Source: Salmo salar (Eukaryota). Taken from it: DNA of 64,000 nt. The translations under genes were made by a program, and so were the position numbers. The stretch covers positions 34,096,034 through 34,160,033 of the forward strand of contig NC_059455.1 of the NCBI RefSeq assembly GCF_905237065.1, written 5' to 3'. Shown here one piece after another: positions 1 through 12,063 of the stretch (positions within the stretch are counted from its first letter, which is position 1; every line of letters starts with the position of its first letter). The notes beneath the pieces were generated by a model that worked only from the letters and a program-made list of their open reading frames with translations, did not search any database and was not told the DNA's origin.

Positions 1-132
1 AATTTCACAATTCAATTCGGAGGAAAAACTTGTCAAAATGTCTCAAAATACCTTCTGTACCACATTTTCACATAGAAAGTGTTAGCGGAAAGCTATGCAA
101 TTAAGTTCCTATTAGTTCCATCTGTTCTGAGA

Positions 133-1235
133 TTACATTAAACTTGTGTGTGGATCCCCTGGGTATGCAGGTGCCACGTATTGAGACACTGCACTCTCTC
201 CTATGTGAGTTCTCTGATGTGACGTCATTTTGGAGCGCCGGGTGAAGCATTTCCCACACTGTGTGCACTCATACGGTTTCTCCCCACTGTGGACCATAGC
301 ATGTCTGATCAGATTGCACTGCTTGGTGAAACTCCTGCCACACTGTTCACAGGTGTACGGTTTCTCTCCGGTGTGACTCCGGAGGTGTTCTTTGAGCTGG
401 CAGAGACGCTGGAAGCTCTTCCCACAGAAGGTGCAGCTGAACCGCCTCTCGGTGGTGCCGCCTGATCTCCACTGAGTCCTCATTCTCTTCACCATGTTAA
501 AACTACTGTGACTCAGGCTGTATCCAGAGAAGGTGGAGGTGGTGGCCATGTTTGACCCTGTCGTGCACTCACTCAATCTCACAGTCGCTTCTGAAGCCCT
601 GTATTGATGCAGCCTTGGCTGTAGAGCTAAACTATTTCCTTCATTACTTGAATTCAGCATCTCACTGCTCTGTCCCTCTGGCATCTGTTGTCTAGTTTCA
701 TCAGCCAATGTCCCTACATGTCTTTTCATGTGTTTTGCAGCACTGAACATGTTAGCATGTGGTTTCCATATAGAAGAGTGAAGTGATGGCCCTACTTCAT
801 CTGTCATAGTAGGAACAGATGGCAGCCCACTATGAGATGGGAAAATTGAGATATTCTGAGAGTACTCTTCTGTGGAATGAAAGGAGAAATCTGGGTGGCC
901 ATCAGGGTCAGTGTCTCTGCCTGGATCCACAGAGGTCCACAGCTGCCCATCAGACTCATCCATAACAAACTGGTCAGGACCTGCCAGGGTCGTGGTCTGA
1001 TCCAGCTCCTCCTCTTTCACCATCACTAGCTCTAGTGAGTCCTCATCTGGCCGGTGCTGCGCTGTGCTGAACACCTCTGTAGATGTGAGCCGGGGTGTTC
1101 CTGGTTCCTTTGGACGATCAGAATTGGGGTAATGTTCCACTGAGTCTCTGGGAGATATATTGGTTTGTGTGATGAAGTCTTCATCACAGTGCCGTTGCTC
1201 AAAGGATGGTGGTTTCCCAGGCTTGGAACCAGATT
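133..1235 (-). CDS. ZNF paralog A, terminal exon (exon 3). It encodes an acidic/Ser-rich linker plus 3 C2H2 fingers and ends '...[24 protein letters not shown]'.
   Basis: ORF 133..1293 is on the minus strand. The finger motifs are '[23 protein letters not shown]', '[23 protein letters not shown]' and '[23 protein letters not shown]' with TGEKPY linkers. The putative acceptor 'ttatgtttatccccaaatctttag|AATCTGG' (minus strand) places the exon start at 1235. The same exon recurs at 10.8, 19.9 and 49.6 kb. Confidence 0.7.
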
Positions 1236-1399
1236 CTAAAGATTTGGGGATAAACATAAAATAAACATTACAAAAGACCCTTAACAGTTGCAAAATACGA
1301 CTGCTTTAAAACTGACTGTGTGTGTACGTGCACTCCATACGCCAGAACATGAAGCACCTAATTCCAATGTAGCAATTTGGAACGTGCATACCACCACAC

Positions 1400-1554
1400 A
1401 GTCTTCCATAGACAGACAGAGCAGTGCCCCTTATGGTCACACCCACCCTCTCCAGTGATCCTGAGCTCTTCCTGTGGGTCAGTCTTCCACACATCCTCTG
1501 CTGTCTCCTCATCTTTGATCAGTATGGGTTCAGTCTCCACTCTCTGCTCCACAT
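1400..1554 (-). CDS. ZNF paralog A, exon 2 ('DVEQRVETEPILIKDEETAEDVWKTDPQEELRITGEGGCDHKGHCSVCLWKT'). The donor position is uncertain.
   Basis: ORF 1358..1552 starts at GTG. The acceptor 'ccctgttacag|ATGTGGAG' gives phase 1, matching the exon-1 donor. The donor is probably 'AAGACT|GTGTGG' at 1400. That makes the exon 155 nt, which is not a multiple of 3. Confidence 0.35.
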
Positions 1555-2059
1555 CTGTAGGCTGTAACAGGGACTGAGGTTATTACTCTGGACACACACC
1601 ATATCTAACCCTTTTCATACTCATGAATCACACAAAAGTGATAAAATCTCCTGATAATCCAATATCAGAATTGATCCAAGAGGCCAGTCAGGTCTCTGTA
1701 ATTGTAAAAGGTGATGTATCAGACCTGGGGTTGAGAGTCCTCCTCAACAGCCAGCTCTTCGTCTCTGCACTGTGAGGTACTCCTCTGCTTGTTCAAAACA
1801 ATCTTGACTGGATATGAAGATCTCTCTGAAGCCACGGGGTAAAAACCTGGAAAATAATTGTTTTCTGTCAAATATTAGGCTATTCACACATTTGGGTTTT
1901 GCATATACAATTAATTTACTAGCCTGGAGATGCGACGTAAAATTTCCTTGAATTCTACATCAGGCATAAATGAGTGTCTGGATCAGGAAAGTTCTCTCAC
2001 GACCTCACAAGCCAGAATGTTGAATAAAATTATATTTTAACTTACTTTACCAGTTGTCA

Positions 2060-2365
2060 TTGTTCCTTTTGCTGGAAAGAAAAGCGGTACGGCAAGCGGT
2101 ACCGGAGTGCCAAGTCTGGGACCAAAAGACTCCTAAACAGCTTCTACCCACCAACCCATATGACTGCTGAATAGTTAATCAAATGGCTTCTCTGACTACT
2201 TGCACTGACTCTCTTGCACCGGCTCTATGCACACTCACACTCCAACACACACAACATAACACTACATAAGCTCACAAAACACACACTGACACTCACATAC
2301 GCCGCTACTACTCTGTATTATTTATCCTGATTGCCGTGTCACTTTTCCCCCTACCTGCATGTACA
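2060..2365 (+). mobile_element. L2-type LINE 3' fragment (end of ORF2 plus 3'UTR) lying in intron 1 of ZNF-A.
   Basis: The plus-strand translation '...KRYGKRYRSAKSGTKRLLNSFYPP...*' matches the salmonid L2 ORF2 C-terminus. The fragment runs up to the Tc1 insertion at 2366. Confidence 0.45.
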
Positions 2366-2367
2366 TA

Positions 2368-3954
2368 CAGTTGAAGTCGGAAGTTTACATACACCTTAGC
2401 CAAATACATTTAAACTCAGTTTCACAATTCCTGACATTTAATCATAGTAAATATTCCCTGTCTTAGGTCAGTTAGGATCACCACTTTATTTTAAGAATGT
2501 GAAATGTCAGAATAATAGTAGAGAGAATGATTTATTTGAGCTTTTATTTATTTCATCACATTCTCAGTGGATCAGAAGTTTACATACACTCAATTAGTAT
2601 TTGGTAGCATTGCCTTTAAATTGTTTAACTTGGGTCAAAACGGTTCAGATAGCCTTCCACAAGCTTCCACAATAAGTTGGGTGAATTTCGGCCCATTCCT
2701 CCTGACAGAGCTGGTGTAACTGAGTCAGGTTTTCAGTTTTGCCCACAAATTTTCTATGGGTTTGAGGTCAGGGATTTGTGATGGCAACTCCAATACCTTG
2801 ACTTTGCTGTCCTTAAGCCATTTTTCCACAACTTTGGAAGTATGTTTGGGGTCATTGTCCATTTGGAAGAGCCATTTGCGACCAAGCTTTAACTTCCTGA
2901 CTGATGTCTTGAGATGTTGCTTCAATATATCCACATCATTTTCTTGCCTCATGATGCCATCTATTTTGTGAAGTGCACCAGTCCCTCCTGCAGCAAAGCA
3001 CCCCACAACATGATGCTGCCACCCCCGTGCTTCACGATTGGGATGGTGTTCTTCGGCTTGCAAGCCTCCCCCTTTTCCCTCCAAACATAACGATGGTCAT
3101 TATGGCCAAACAGTTCTATTTTTGTTTCATCAGACCAGAGGACATTTCTCCAAAAAGTACGATCTTTGTCCCCATGTGCAGTTGCAAACCGTAGTCTGGC
3201 TTTTTTAATGGCAGTTTTGGAGCAGTGGTTTCTCCATGCTGAGCGGCCTTTCAGGTTATGTCGATATAGAACTCGTTTTACTGTGGATATAGATGCTTTT
3301 GTACCGGTTTCCTCCAGAATCTTCACAATGTCCTTTGCGGTTGTTCTGGGATTGATTTACACTTTTCGCACCAAAGTACGTTCATCTCTAGGAGACACAA
3401 TGCGTCTCCTTCCTGAGCGGTATGACGGCTGCGTGGTCCCATGGTGTTTATACTTGCCTACTATTGTTTGTACAGATGAACGTGGTACCTTCAGGCGTTT
3501 GGAAATTGCTCCTAAGGATGAACCAGACTTGTGGAGGTCTACAATTGTCTTTCTGAGGTCTTGGCTGATTTCTTTTGATTTTCCCATGATGTCAAGCGAA
3601 GAGGCACTGAGTTTGGAGGTAGGCCTTGAAATACATCCACAGGTACACCTCCAATTGACTGAAATGATGTAAATTAGCCTATCAGAAGCTTCTAAAGCCC
3701 TGACTTCATTTTCTGGAATTTTCCAAGCTGCTTAAAGGCACAGTCATCTTAGTGTATGTAAACGTCTGACCCACTGGAATTCTGAAACAGTGAATTATAA
3801 GTGAAATAATCTGTCTGTAAACAATTGTTGGAAAAATGACTTGTGTCATGCACAAAGTAAATGTCCTAACCGACTTGCCAAAATTTGTGAAGTGGTTGAA
3901 AAACGAGTTTTAATGACTCCAACCTAAGTGTATGTAAACTTCCGACTTCAACTG
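2368..3954 (-). mobile_element. Tc1-like (Sleeping-Beauty-type) DNA transposon, about 1.59 kb, with a frameshifted transposase on the minus strand.
   Basis: The terminal IR/DR 'cagttgaagtcggaagtttacatacac' is at 2368 and 'gtgtatgtaaacttccgacttcaactg' at 3954, each with a flanking TA. Minus-strand ORFs give 'MGKSKEISQDLRKTIVDLHKSGSSLGAISKRLKVPRSSVQTIV...', '...ISTVKRVLYRHNLKGRSA...' and '...[20 protein letters not shown]...LNPIENLW'. Confidence 0.9.
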
Positions 3955-4240
3955 TATTACCTCAACTACCTTGCACATTAACTATGTACCGGTACTCAAT
4001 GTATATAGTCTCATTATTGTTATTTATTGTGTTATTATTTTTAATCAAAACATTTTAGCAAATTGTTCTTACTTTTTAACTCTGCATTTTTGGCAAAGTG
4101 CTCATAAGTAAGCATTTCACGGTAAAGTCTACACCTGTTGTATTCGGCGCATGTGACAATCAAATATGATTGTGAGACAATATCCACAGGAAAGTATAAT
4201 TAAATCAACGTTTCAAAGCGTTCCCGAGCGCCGCAGCATC

Positions 4241-4395
4241 ACTACAGACCCTGGTTCGGTCCCGGGCTGTATCACAAACGGCTGTGATCGGGAGTCACAT
4301 AGGCCAACGCACAATTGGCCCAGCATCATCCGGGTTTAGTCGTCATTGTAAAATAAGAATTTGTTCTTAACTGACTTGCCTAGTTAAATAAATAG
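4241..4395 (+). repeat. tRNA-derived SINE, 5'-truncated, in plus orientation.
   Basis: It contains '...ccctggttcggtcccgggctgtatcacaaacggctgtgatcgggagtc...attgtaaaataagaatttgttcttaactgacttgcctagttaaataaa'. The same family occurs in reverse at 46020-46310. Confidence 0.55.
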
Positions 4396-4755
4396 TGCAT
4401 TCAAATTTCTATAACCTGAAGCATGCACAAAACCATACCGGAGTTTGGCAAGTATGCTGGTGGCGTGTATGTATTTTCAAATTGTGTGTATGCTGCAGGT
4501 GATCGAAAAATGAATAAACTACAAGTACTTTGAAAAGTTGATTTTATTATACTTTCCTGTGGCTCTCACACATTCCTACATGCCAATGGACCAACCGGTA
4601 AAGTAAATTAATCCATTTTTTTACATTCTGATTTGTAGAGATCGTGAGTCAACTTTCCTGATCCAAATGCTCATTTATGCCGGACGTTGAATACAATATA
4701 ATTCAACGTCGACGTTCCAGGCTATACATTTACCATACAAAATAACTAACAGTAC

Positions 4756-4960
4756 CTTTTCGTCTGCGCGTCTTCTGCAGCTCGCTCTCCATCATTTGAC
4801 ACTTCCTTTTCAGTACATCAATATCTCGCTGGCTTTGGGTCATTTCCAAACGTATAACAGCACAGCTATCATCTACACGTTTGTTTATTTCGGCTACGGC
4901 TGCTTTAGCTAATACCTCTAGAATGGATACCAATTGCGCCTGGAAATTGCAGTTCGCCAT
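4756..4960 (-). CDS. ZNF paralog A, exon 1. It holds the ATG and a conserved N-terminal helical domain 'MANCNFQAQLVSILEVLAKAAVAEINKRVDDSCAVIRLEMTQSQRDIDVLKRKCQMMESELQKTRRRK'.
   Basis: The ATG on the minus strand is at 4958-4960. The donor is 'CGAAAAG|GTACTG' in phase 1. Homologous exons occur at 12617-12830, 27421-27626 and 52407-52620. Confidence 0.6.
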
Positions 4961-5410
4961 CTTGTCCAGCCCAAATTACAGATGCGTATTCCCTGTGTGA
5001 AGTAAATAGTATTCAATTTCCAAGATAACGTGCAAAAAACAAGTCGTGTATGTTAATAAATGACAACAATGTAGTGAAGCAGGAGATACGCGCAATTGTT
5101 CTTCTTCTATGGTATAATGGCGTTCGCATCAACGTGATGTGCATTCCGCCACCTACTGTGCGGGTGAATAATAAGGATAAAATATGAATATAAAAAACCT
5201 ACAAACTATCAAAAAAGAAATTAACCAAACAAAATCAACCTACTTTTCTGTAACATTTAATTAAAAAAAATCTAATTTCAAATCTACACAGGCTCAAACG
5301 ACTCCTGTGAGGGCGGGACGTTTCCTAGCGACAATAGTCCTTGTAGTATTTCTACGGTGAAGTCTTGAAGCCCCTGCCATCGCTCTTCAGTTCATCTCGT
5401 TAAGTTTAGT

Positions 5411-5450
5411 ATTTATTACCGTAAATATGAGAGTGCAACAGCCCTTCAAA
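5411..5450 (-). promoter_or_regulatory. Conserved upstream module of ZNF-A ('tatttattaccgtaaatatgagagtgcaacagcccttc').
   Basis: The same about 40-bp block lies 150-450 bp upstream of the exon-1 ATG in all four paralogs (13049-13092, 27769-27816, 52824-52875). In copy A the adjacent 'tgacgtaa' is mutated. Confidence 0.3.
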
Positions 5451-5574
5451 AATGTTATAAATTTGCACTGTCCAGCAAATAACAGGGTATATTCTTATTT
5501 GCATATACAGTGTAAGGTAGCCATATCTATAGACAAAAATAAATGCAGTGGCTCACTTAGTTATTAATGCATAA

Positions 5575-6625
5575 TAGGCCTTCAGAAAGTATTCACAGCC
5601 CTTGACATTTTTCACATGATGTTATGTGACAGCCTGCATTTAAAATTGATTACATTTAGATTTTGTATCACTGGCATACACACAATACCCCATAATGTCA
5701 AAGTGGAATTATGTTTTTAGACATTTTTACTAATTAATTCAAAATGAAAAGTTGAATTGTCTTATGGCAAGCCTAAATAAGTTCAGAAGTAAAAATTTGC
5801 TTGAGTCACATAAGTTGCATGGACTCACTGTGTGCAATAATAGTGTTTTAACATGATTTTTGAATGACTACCTCATCGCTGTACCCCACACTTACAATGA
5901 TCTGTAAGGTGCCTCAGTCGAGCAGTGAATTTCAAACACAAATTAAATCACAAGACCAGGGAAGTTTTCCAATGCCTCACAAAGAAAGGCCCCTATTGGT
6001 AGATGGGTAAAATAAAATAAAAACATTCTAAAAGCAGACTGCACCTGTGCATTGCCCATCCAACTACCTCATCCCCATACTGTTATTTATTTTGCTCCTT
6101 TGCACCCCAGTATCTCTACTTGCACACTCATCTATCACTCCAGTGTTTAATTGCTATATTGTAATTATTTCACCACTATGGCCTATTTATTTCCTTACCT
6201 CCCTTATCCTACCTAATTTGCACACACTGTATACAGACTTTTTCTATTGTATTATTGACTGCATGTTTGTTTATTCCATGTGTAACTGTGTTGTTGTTTG
6301 TGTCGCACCGCTTTGCTTTATCTTGGCCAGGTCGCAGTTGTAAATGAGAACTTGTTCTCAACTAGCCTACCTGGTTAAATAAAGGTGAAATAAATAAATA
6401 AAAATATTGAATATCCCTTTGAGCATGGTGAAGTTAATACTTACACTTTGGATGGTGTATCAATACACCCAGTCACTACAAAGATACAGGTGGCCTTCCT
6501 CACTCATATGCAAGAGGAAGGAAACAGCACAGGGATTTCACCATGAGGCAAATGGTGACTTAAAAACAGATACATAGTTTAATGGCTGTGATAGGAGAAA
6601 CAGAGGACGGCATAACATTGTAGTC
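5575..6625. repeat. Interspersed repeat of the 'tacagtgccttcagaaagtattcac...caaagtggaattatgtttttagacatttttac' family, probably a non-autonomous DNA element.
   Basis: Copies are at 26180-27000 and in reverse at 36490-36775. This copy is interrupted at 6040-6410. Confidence 0.5.
6040..6410 (+). mobile_element. Nested 3' end (about 370 bp) of a non-LTR retroelement tail, '...ggccaggtcgcagttgtaaatgagaacttgttctcaactagcctacctggttaaataaaggtgaaataaa'.
   Basis: It is identical in family to the tail of the 33304-34168 insertion, and an uninterrupted host-repeat copy at 26640-26700 lacks it. Confidence 0.45.
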
Positions 6626-7167
6626 AGTGGTGGAAAAAGTACCCAATTGTCAACCTTGAGTCAAAGTAAACATACCTTAATAGAAAATGACTCAAGTAAA
6701 AGTGAAAGTCAACCAGTAAAATACTACTTGAGTAAAAGTATTTGGTAATAAATATACTTAAGTATCAAAAGTAAAAGTATAAATCATTTCAAATTCTTTA
6801 CATTAAGCAAACCAGATGGCACAATGTTCTTGTTTTTTTTAGAGAGGGGCACACTCCAACATTCAGACAACTTATAAATTAATTGTTTGTGTTTAGTGAG
6901 TCAGATCAGACGCAGTAGGGATGACCAGGGATGTTCTCTTGATAAGTGTGTGAATTGGACTATTTTCCTGTACTGGTAAGCATTCAAAATGTAACAAACA
7001 CTTTCAGGTGTCAGAGAAAATGTATGGAGTAAAAAGTACATTATTTTCTTTAGGAATGTAGTGAAGTAAAAGTAAAAAGTTGTCAAAAATATAAATAGTA
7101 AAGTACAGATACCACAAAAAACAACTTTAGTACTCAAGTATTTTTGCATAAGTACTTTACCCCACTG
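6625..7167. mobile_element. MITE-like non-autonomous DNA transposon of about 543 bp.
   Basis: The terminal inverted repeat (TIR) 'cagtggtggaaaaagtac' is at 6625 and its reverse complement 'gtactttaccccactg' at 7167. The subterminal 'tacttgagtaaaagta' is reiterated. A related copy lies at 16440-16949. Confidence 0.55.
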
Positions 7168-7199
7168 ATTGTAGTTACTCCACAATACTAACCTAAATG

Positions 7200-7364
7200 A
7201 CAGAGTGAATTTTCTATTTAACCCTTATTTTACTAGGTAAGTTGACTGAGAACACATTCTCATTTACAGCAACAACCTGGGGAAGAGTTGCAGAGGAGAG
7301 GATGAATGAGTCAATTGTAAGCTGGGGATGATTAGGTGAAGGTATGAGGGCAAGATTGGGAATT

Positions 7365-7398
<34 letters not shown>

Positions 7399-7640
7399 AC
7401 GATAAGTGCCATGGGATCTTTAGTGACCACAGAGTCAGGACACCCATTTAACATCCCATCCGAAAGATGACACCCTACACAGGGCAATATCCCCAATCAC
7501 TGCCCTGGTCCATTGGGATATTTTTTTCAGACAAGAGGAAAGGGTGCGTCCTACTGGCCCTCCAACACCACTTCCAGCAGCATCTAATCTCCGATGCATG
7601 GTGGTATGCTGCTGTCTCAGGGTGGTATGCTGCTGCTGGA
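7200..7640. repeat. Interspersed repeat ('ggtaagttgactgagaacacattctcatttacagcaa...ggatgaatgagtcaattgtaagctgggga...ttagccaggacaccggggttaacacccctactctta').
   Basis: The same family at 60590-61240 carries an embedded HpaI-type SINE. Confidence 0.4.
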
Positions 7641-7789
7641 AATGAAGGATGCTTGTACAGAATAAAAATATCCCAAAACATGCATCCTGTTTGCAATAAG
7701 GCACTATAGTAAAACTGCAAAAAATGTGGCAAATAAATTAACTTTATGTCCTGAATACAAAGTGTTTGGGGCAAATCCAACACAACACA

Positions 7790-8724
<935 letters not shown>

Positions 8725-8961
8725 TAGTGTATTACATTTAGTCAAATGTTTAGTATTTGGTTCCATATTCCTAGCACGCAATGACTAAATCAAGCTTGTG
8801 ACTCTACAAACGTGTTGGATGCATGTGCAGTTTGTTTTGGGTGTGTTCCGGATTATGTTGTGCCCAATAGAAATTAATAATAAATAATGTATTGTGTCAT
8901 TTTGGAGTCACATTGTAAATGAGAAATGTTTTTTAAAAATAGGTTCTTAAAATAAAATTTA

Positions 8962-9178
8962 AATGAGGAGCCCTTAACAGTCAAACATCAAAACCATTTC
9001 ACAAATAATTAGGAGGAAAAAGCTTGTCAAAATGTCTCAAAATACCTTATGTACCAAATTTTCCCATAGAAAAAGTTAGCAAAACAATGATGCAATTATT
9101 AACTTTGTTCCATCTGGTCTGAGACGACATTAAAATTCTGTGTGGATCCCCAGGGTATGCGGGTACCATATATTGAGA
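8962..9178 (-). pseudogene. Remnant of a fifth ZNF paralog. Only the 3' flank and the last roughly 17 codons ('...[18 protein letters not shown]') remain.
   Basis: Positions 8962-9178 align to the 3' flank and terminal coding bases of copies A-D ('...gtcaaaatgtctcaaaatacctt...gtgtggatccccagggtatgcgggtacc...'). Homology stops abruptly at 9178, where a Tc1-like fragment begins. Confidence 0.6.
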
Positions 9179-9425
9179 CGTTGGAGGCGGCTTATGGTAG
9201 AGAAATTCATATTGAATTATCTGGAAACAGCTCAGGTGGACATTTCTGCAGTCAGCATGCCAATTGCACACTCCCTCAAAACTTGAGACATCTGTGGCAT
9301 TGTGTTGTATGACAAAACTGCACATTTCAGAGTGGCCTTTTATTGTCCCCAGCACAAAGTGCACCTCTGTAATGATCATGCTTCTTGATATGCTACACCT
9401 GTCAGGTGGATGGATTATCTTAACG
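9179..9425. mobile_element. 3' terminal fragment of a second Tc1-like family, '...ggaggcggcttatggtagagaaat...cacctgtcaggtggatggattatctt...'.
   Basis: It is collinear with 45400-45640 of the fuller copy at 44080-45785. Confidence 0.6.
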
Positions 9426-10030
9426 TTTTGATAACCATGTAAATCTCTCTCGGACAAGGTGACTTTTATCAATATATTCGGCTCTATTTACTCTAAGATT
9501 CGAAAATGCTAATTAGCGTCAACGTAAACATCATGCAAAACTACAAATCACTGCAAGCTCCTGCATGTCATCTCTAACTGAAGCCTTTGCTAACAGGTAT
9601 TGTGTCAATTTACAACTTGCACAAGACAGTTCACAGAATTGTCAATTGAAAAACATTTTGCCTGATTATTTATTACTACATTTAACTAACAGATAGTTAA
9701 TCCAGAGATTCTTACCTTTGCCTCGGCAGTCTCGTCTAGATCATCATAGCATTTATAGTTCATATGATAGCCACATTAGCAGCTAATTAGCATTACATTT
9801 TGGGGGTGTAAATACAGGCGAATATATTGATAAAAGTCACCTTGTCCTAGAGAGGTTTACACGGTTATCAAAACGTCATGCCAGGGTAAGCCTACATGAA
9901 ACACAGTCCTTATTTTAAGTGTTTCTAAAATCCCCAATGGGAAAAAGTTATGGTGGAAAAACAATAGAAACCATTTAAGTTTGACCGCTAGGATTTATGG
10001 GTATTATGACTCATACTGTGGTACTCTAAT
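9423..10030. repeat. Foldback-type repeat with arms of about 58 bp in inverted orientation.
   Basis: 9423-9480 ('taacgttttgataaccatgtaaatctctctcggacaaggtgacttttatcaatatattcg') is the reverse complement of 9815-9872. The downstream part recurs at 36305-36480. Confidence 0.4.
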
Positions 10031-10799
10031 CGTTAGTAGGCAAACTAAGACGTCTTCCCATTCTTGATAGCCCCCCTTTTGGCGAGGAAGCACAAGTGTA
10101 TCCTAGCACTGAAGAGTTTTGAAATATCTGCCACACACCCTTTGAATCAGCTGTTGTATTGTCGTTAGAGAAAAGTATGCACACATTTAAAAACAATATG
10201 CTACTTAACCTTTTATCTATAAAATGTATTGCAAAACTAACTTCATTTTTTCATCACTTTACACATATATTTTGGGATCCACCCCGGTAAATGTCCTTTG
10301 CCTGATGGATAAGGACCATCTCATTTCATAAAAGCACATTTTCATCCACATCACTCTCCTCATCCCCTCTCCTCCATTATCTTTGACGTTTTTTTACAAA
10401 GGCGGCGAGAGAGGACTAGGGAGAAAAGACACAGGAAGGAGTTGAGCAAATCTAATTGAAAAAAAGCACCTACACATCATACTATTTTCCTTTAAGCCCC
10501 TCCCCCTTCTCTTTGTTTCTCCTGCTGTTCGTCTGGTGTCGTCTTGTTGTGATCATTTTTTTTCCTTCTACAATTGTAAAGTGATTTTGGGTCATTGAAA
10601 AGTGCTACATATAGGTCTCATGTATTAGTATTATTGATCTAAAAGCACGGACTGACTCTCAAAATCAAGCCTTCAACAGTCAAACAAGAAAAGCACAAAT
10701 CAATTGGGAGGAAAAGCTTGTCAAAATACCTTCTGTACCATATTTCCATGTAGAAAGTGTTACAGAAAAACTGAAATGATGTTCCTATTTGTTCTGAGA

Positions 10800-11899
10800 T
10801 TACATTAAACTTGTGTGTGGATCCCCAGGGTATGCGGGTACCATGAATTGAGAACCTGGACTCTCTCCTATGTGAGTTCTCTGATGTGACGTCATTTTGG
10901 AGCGCCGGGTGAAGCATTTCCCACATTGTGTGCACTCATACGGTTTCTCCCCACTGTGGACCAGAGCATGTCTGATCAGGTTGCACTGCTGGGTGAAACT
11001 CCTGCCACACTGTTCGCAGGTGTACGGTTTCTCTCCGGTGTGACTCCGGAGGTGTACTTTAAGCTGGCAGAGACGCTGGAAGCTCTTCCCACAGAAGGTG
11101 CAGCTGAAACGCCTCTCGGTGGTGCCGCCCGACCACTGAGTCCTCATTCTCTTCACCATGTTAAAACTACTGCGACTCAGGCTGTATCCAGAGAAGGTGG
11201 AGGTGGTGGCCATGTTTGACCCTGTCATGCACTCACTCAATCGCACAGTCGCTTCTGAAGCCCTGTATTGATGCAGTCTTGGCTGTAGAGCTAAACTATT
11301 TCCTTCATTATTTGAGCTCAGCATCTCACTGCTCTGTCCCTCTGGCGTCTGTTGTCTAGTCTCATCAGCCAATGTCATGACATGTCTTTTCATGTGTTTT
11401 GCAGCACTGAACATGTTAGCATGTGGTTTTCCTATAGAAGAGTGAAGCGATGGCCCTACATCATCTGTCATAGTAGGAACAGATGGCAGCCCACTATGAG
11501 ATGGGAAAATTGAGATATTCTGAGAGTACTCTTCTGTGGAATGAAAGGAGAAATCTGGGTGGCCATCAGGGTCAGTGTCTCTGCCTGGATCCACAGAGGT
11601 CCACAGCTGCCCATCAGACTCATCCATAACAAACTGGTCAGGACCTGCCAGGGTCGTGGTCTGATCCAGCTCCTCCTCTTTCACCATCACTAGGTCTAGT
11701 GAGTCCTCATCTGGCCGGTGCTGCTCTGCGCTGAACACCTCTGTAGACGTGAGCTGGGGTGTGCCTGGTTCCTCTGGACGATCAGAATTTGGGTAATGTT
11801 CCACTGAGTCTCTGGGAGATATGTTGGGTTGTGTGATGAAGTCCTCATCACAGTGCCGTTGCTCAAAGGATGGTGGTTTCCCAGGCTTGGAACCAGATT
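10800..11899 (-). CDS. ZNF paralog B, exon 3 (linker plus 3 C2H2 fingers, '...[17 protein letters not shown]').
   Basis: ORF 10800..11921 is on the minus strand. The acceptor 'ccccaaaatctttag|AATCTGG' places the exon start at 11899, and the finger motifs match copy A. Confidence 0.75.
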
Positions 11900-12063
11900 C
11901 TAAAGATTTTGGGATAAACATAAATTAAACATTATAAAAGACCATTAACAGTTGCAAAATACGACTGCTTTAGAACTGACTGTGTGTGTACGTGCACTCC
12001 ATATGCCAGAACATGAAGCACCTGACAGCAATGTAGCAATTTGGAACGTGCATACCACCACAC

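Noticed and set aside
133-1293. The 386-aa ORF beginning 'MQLLRVFCNVYFMFIPK', considered as a complete single-exon gene
   Set aside because: The first roughly 19 codons are intron read-through upstream of an acceptor site. The ORF-track 'M' here, and the 'M' of the exon-2 ORFs, are not ATG; exon 2 starts at GTG on inspection. The real gene is spliced, exon 1 lying 3 to 6 kb upstream.
4756-4960. Naming the exon-1 N-terminal domain as FiNZ/KRAB/SCAN/BTB
   Set aside because: From memory I cannot match 'CNFQAQLVSILEVLAKAAVAEINKRVDD' to any of these with confidence. I have left it as an unnamed conserved helical N-terminal module rather than invent a family assignment.
10926-11219. Plus-strand ORFs antisense to ZNF exon 3 (10926..11219, 20040..20246, 49767..49976), considered as overlapping genes
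   Set aside because: These are antisense reading-frame artefacts of the codon-biased ZNF exon. They are not conserved in frame across the four paralogs.
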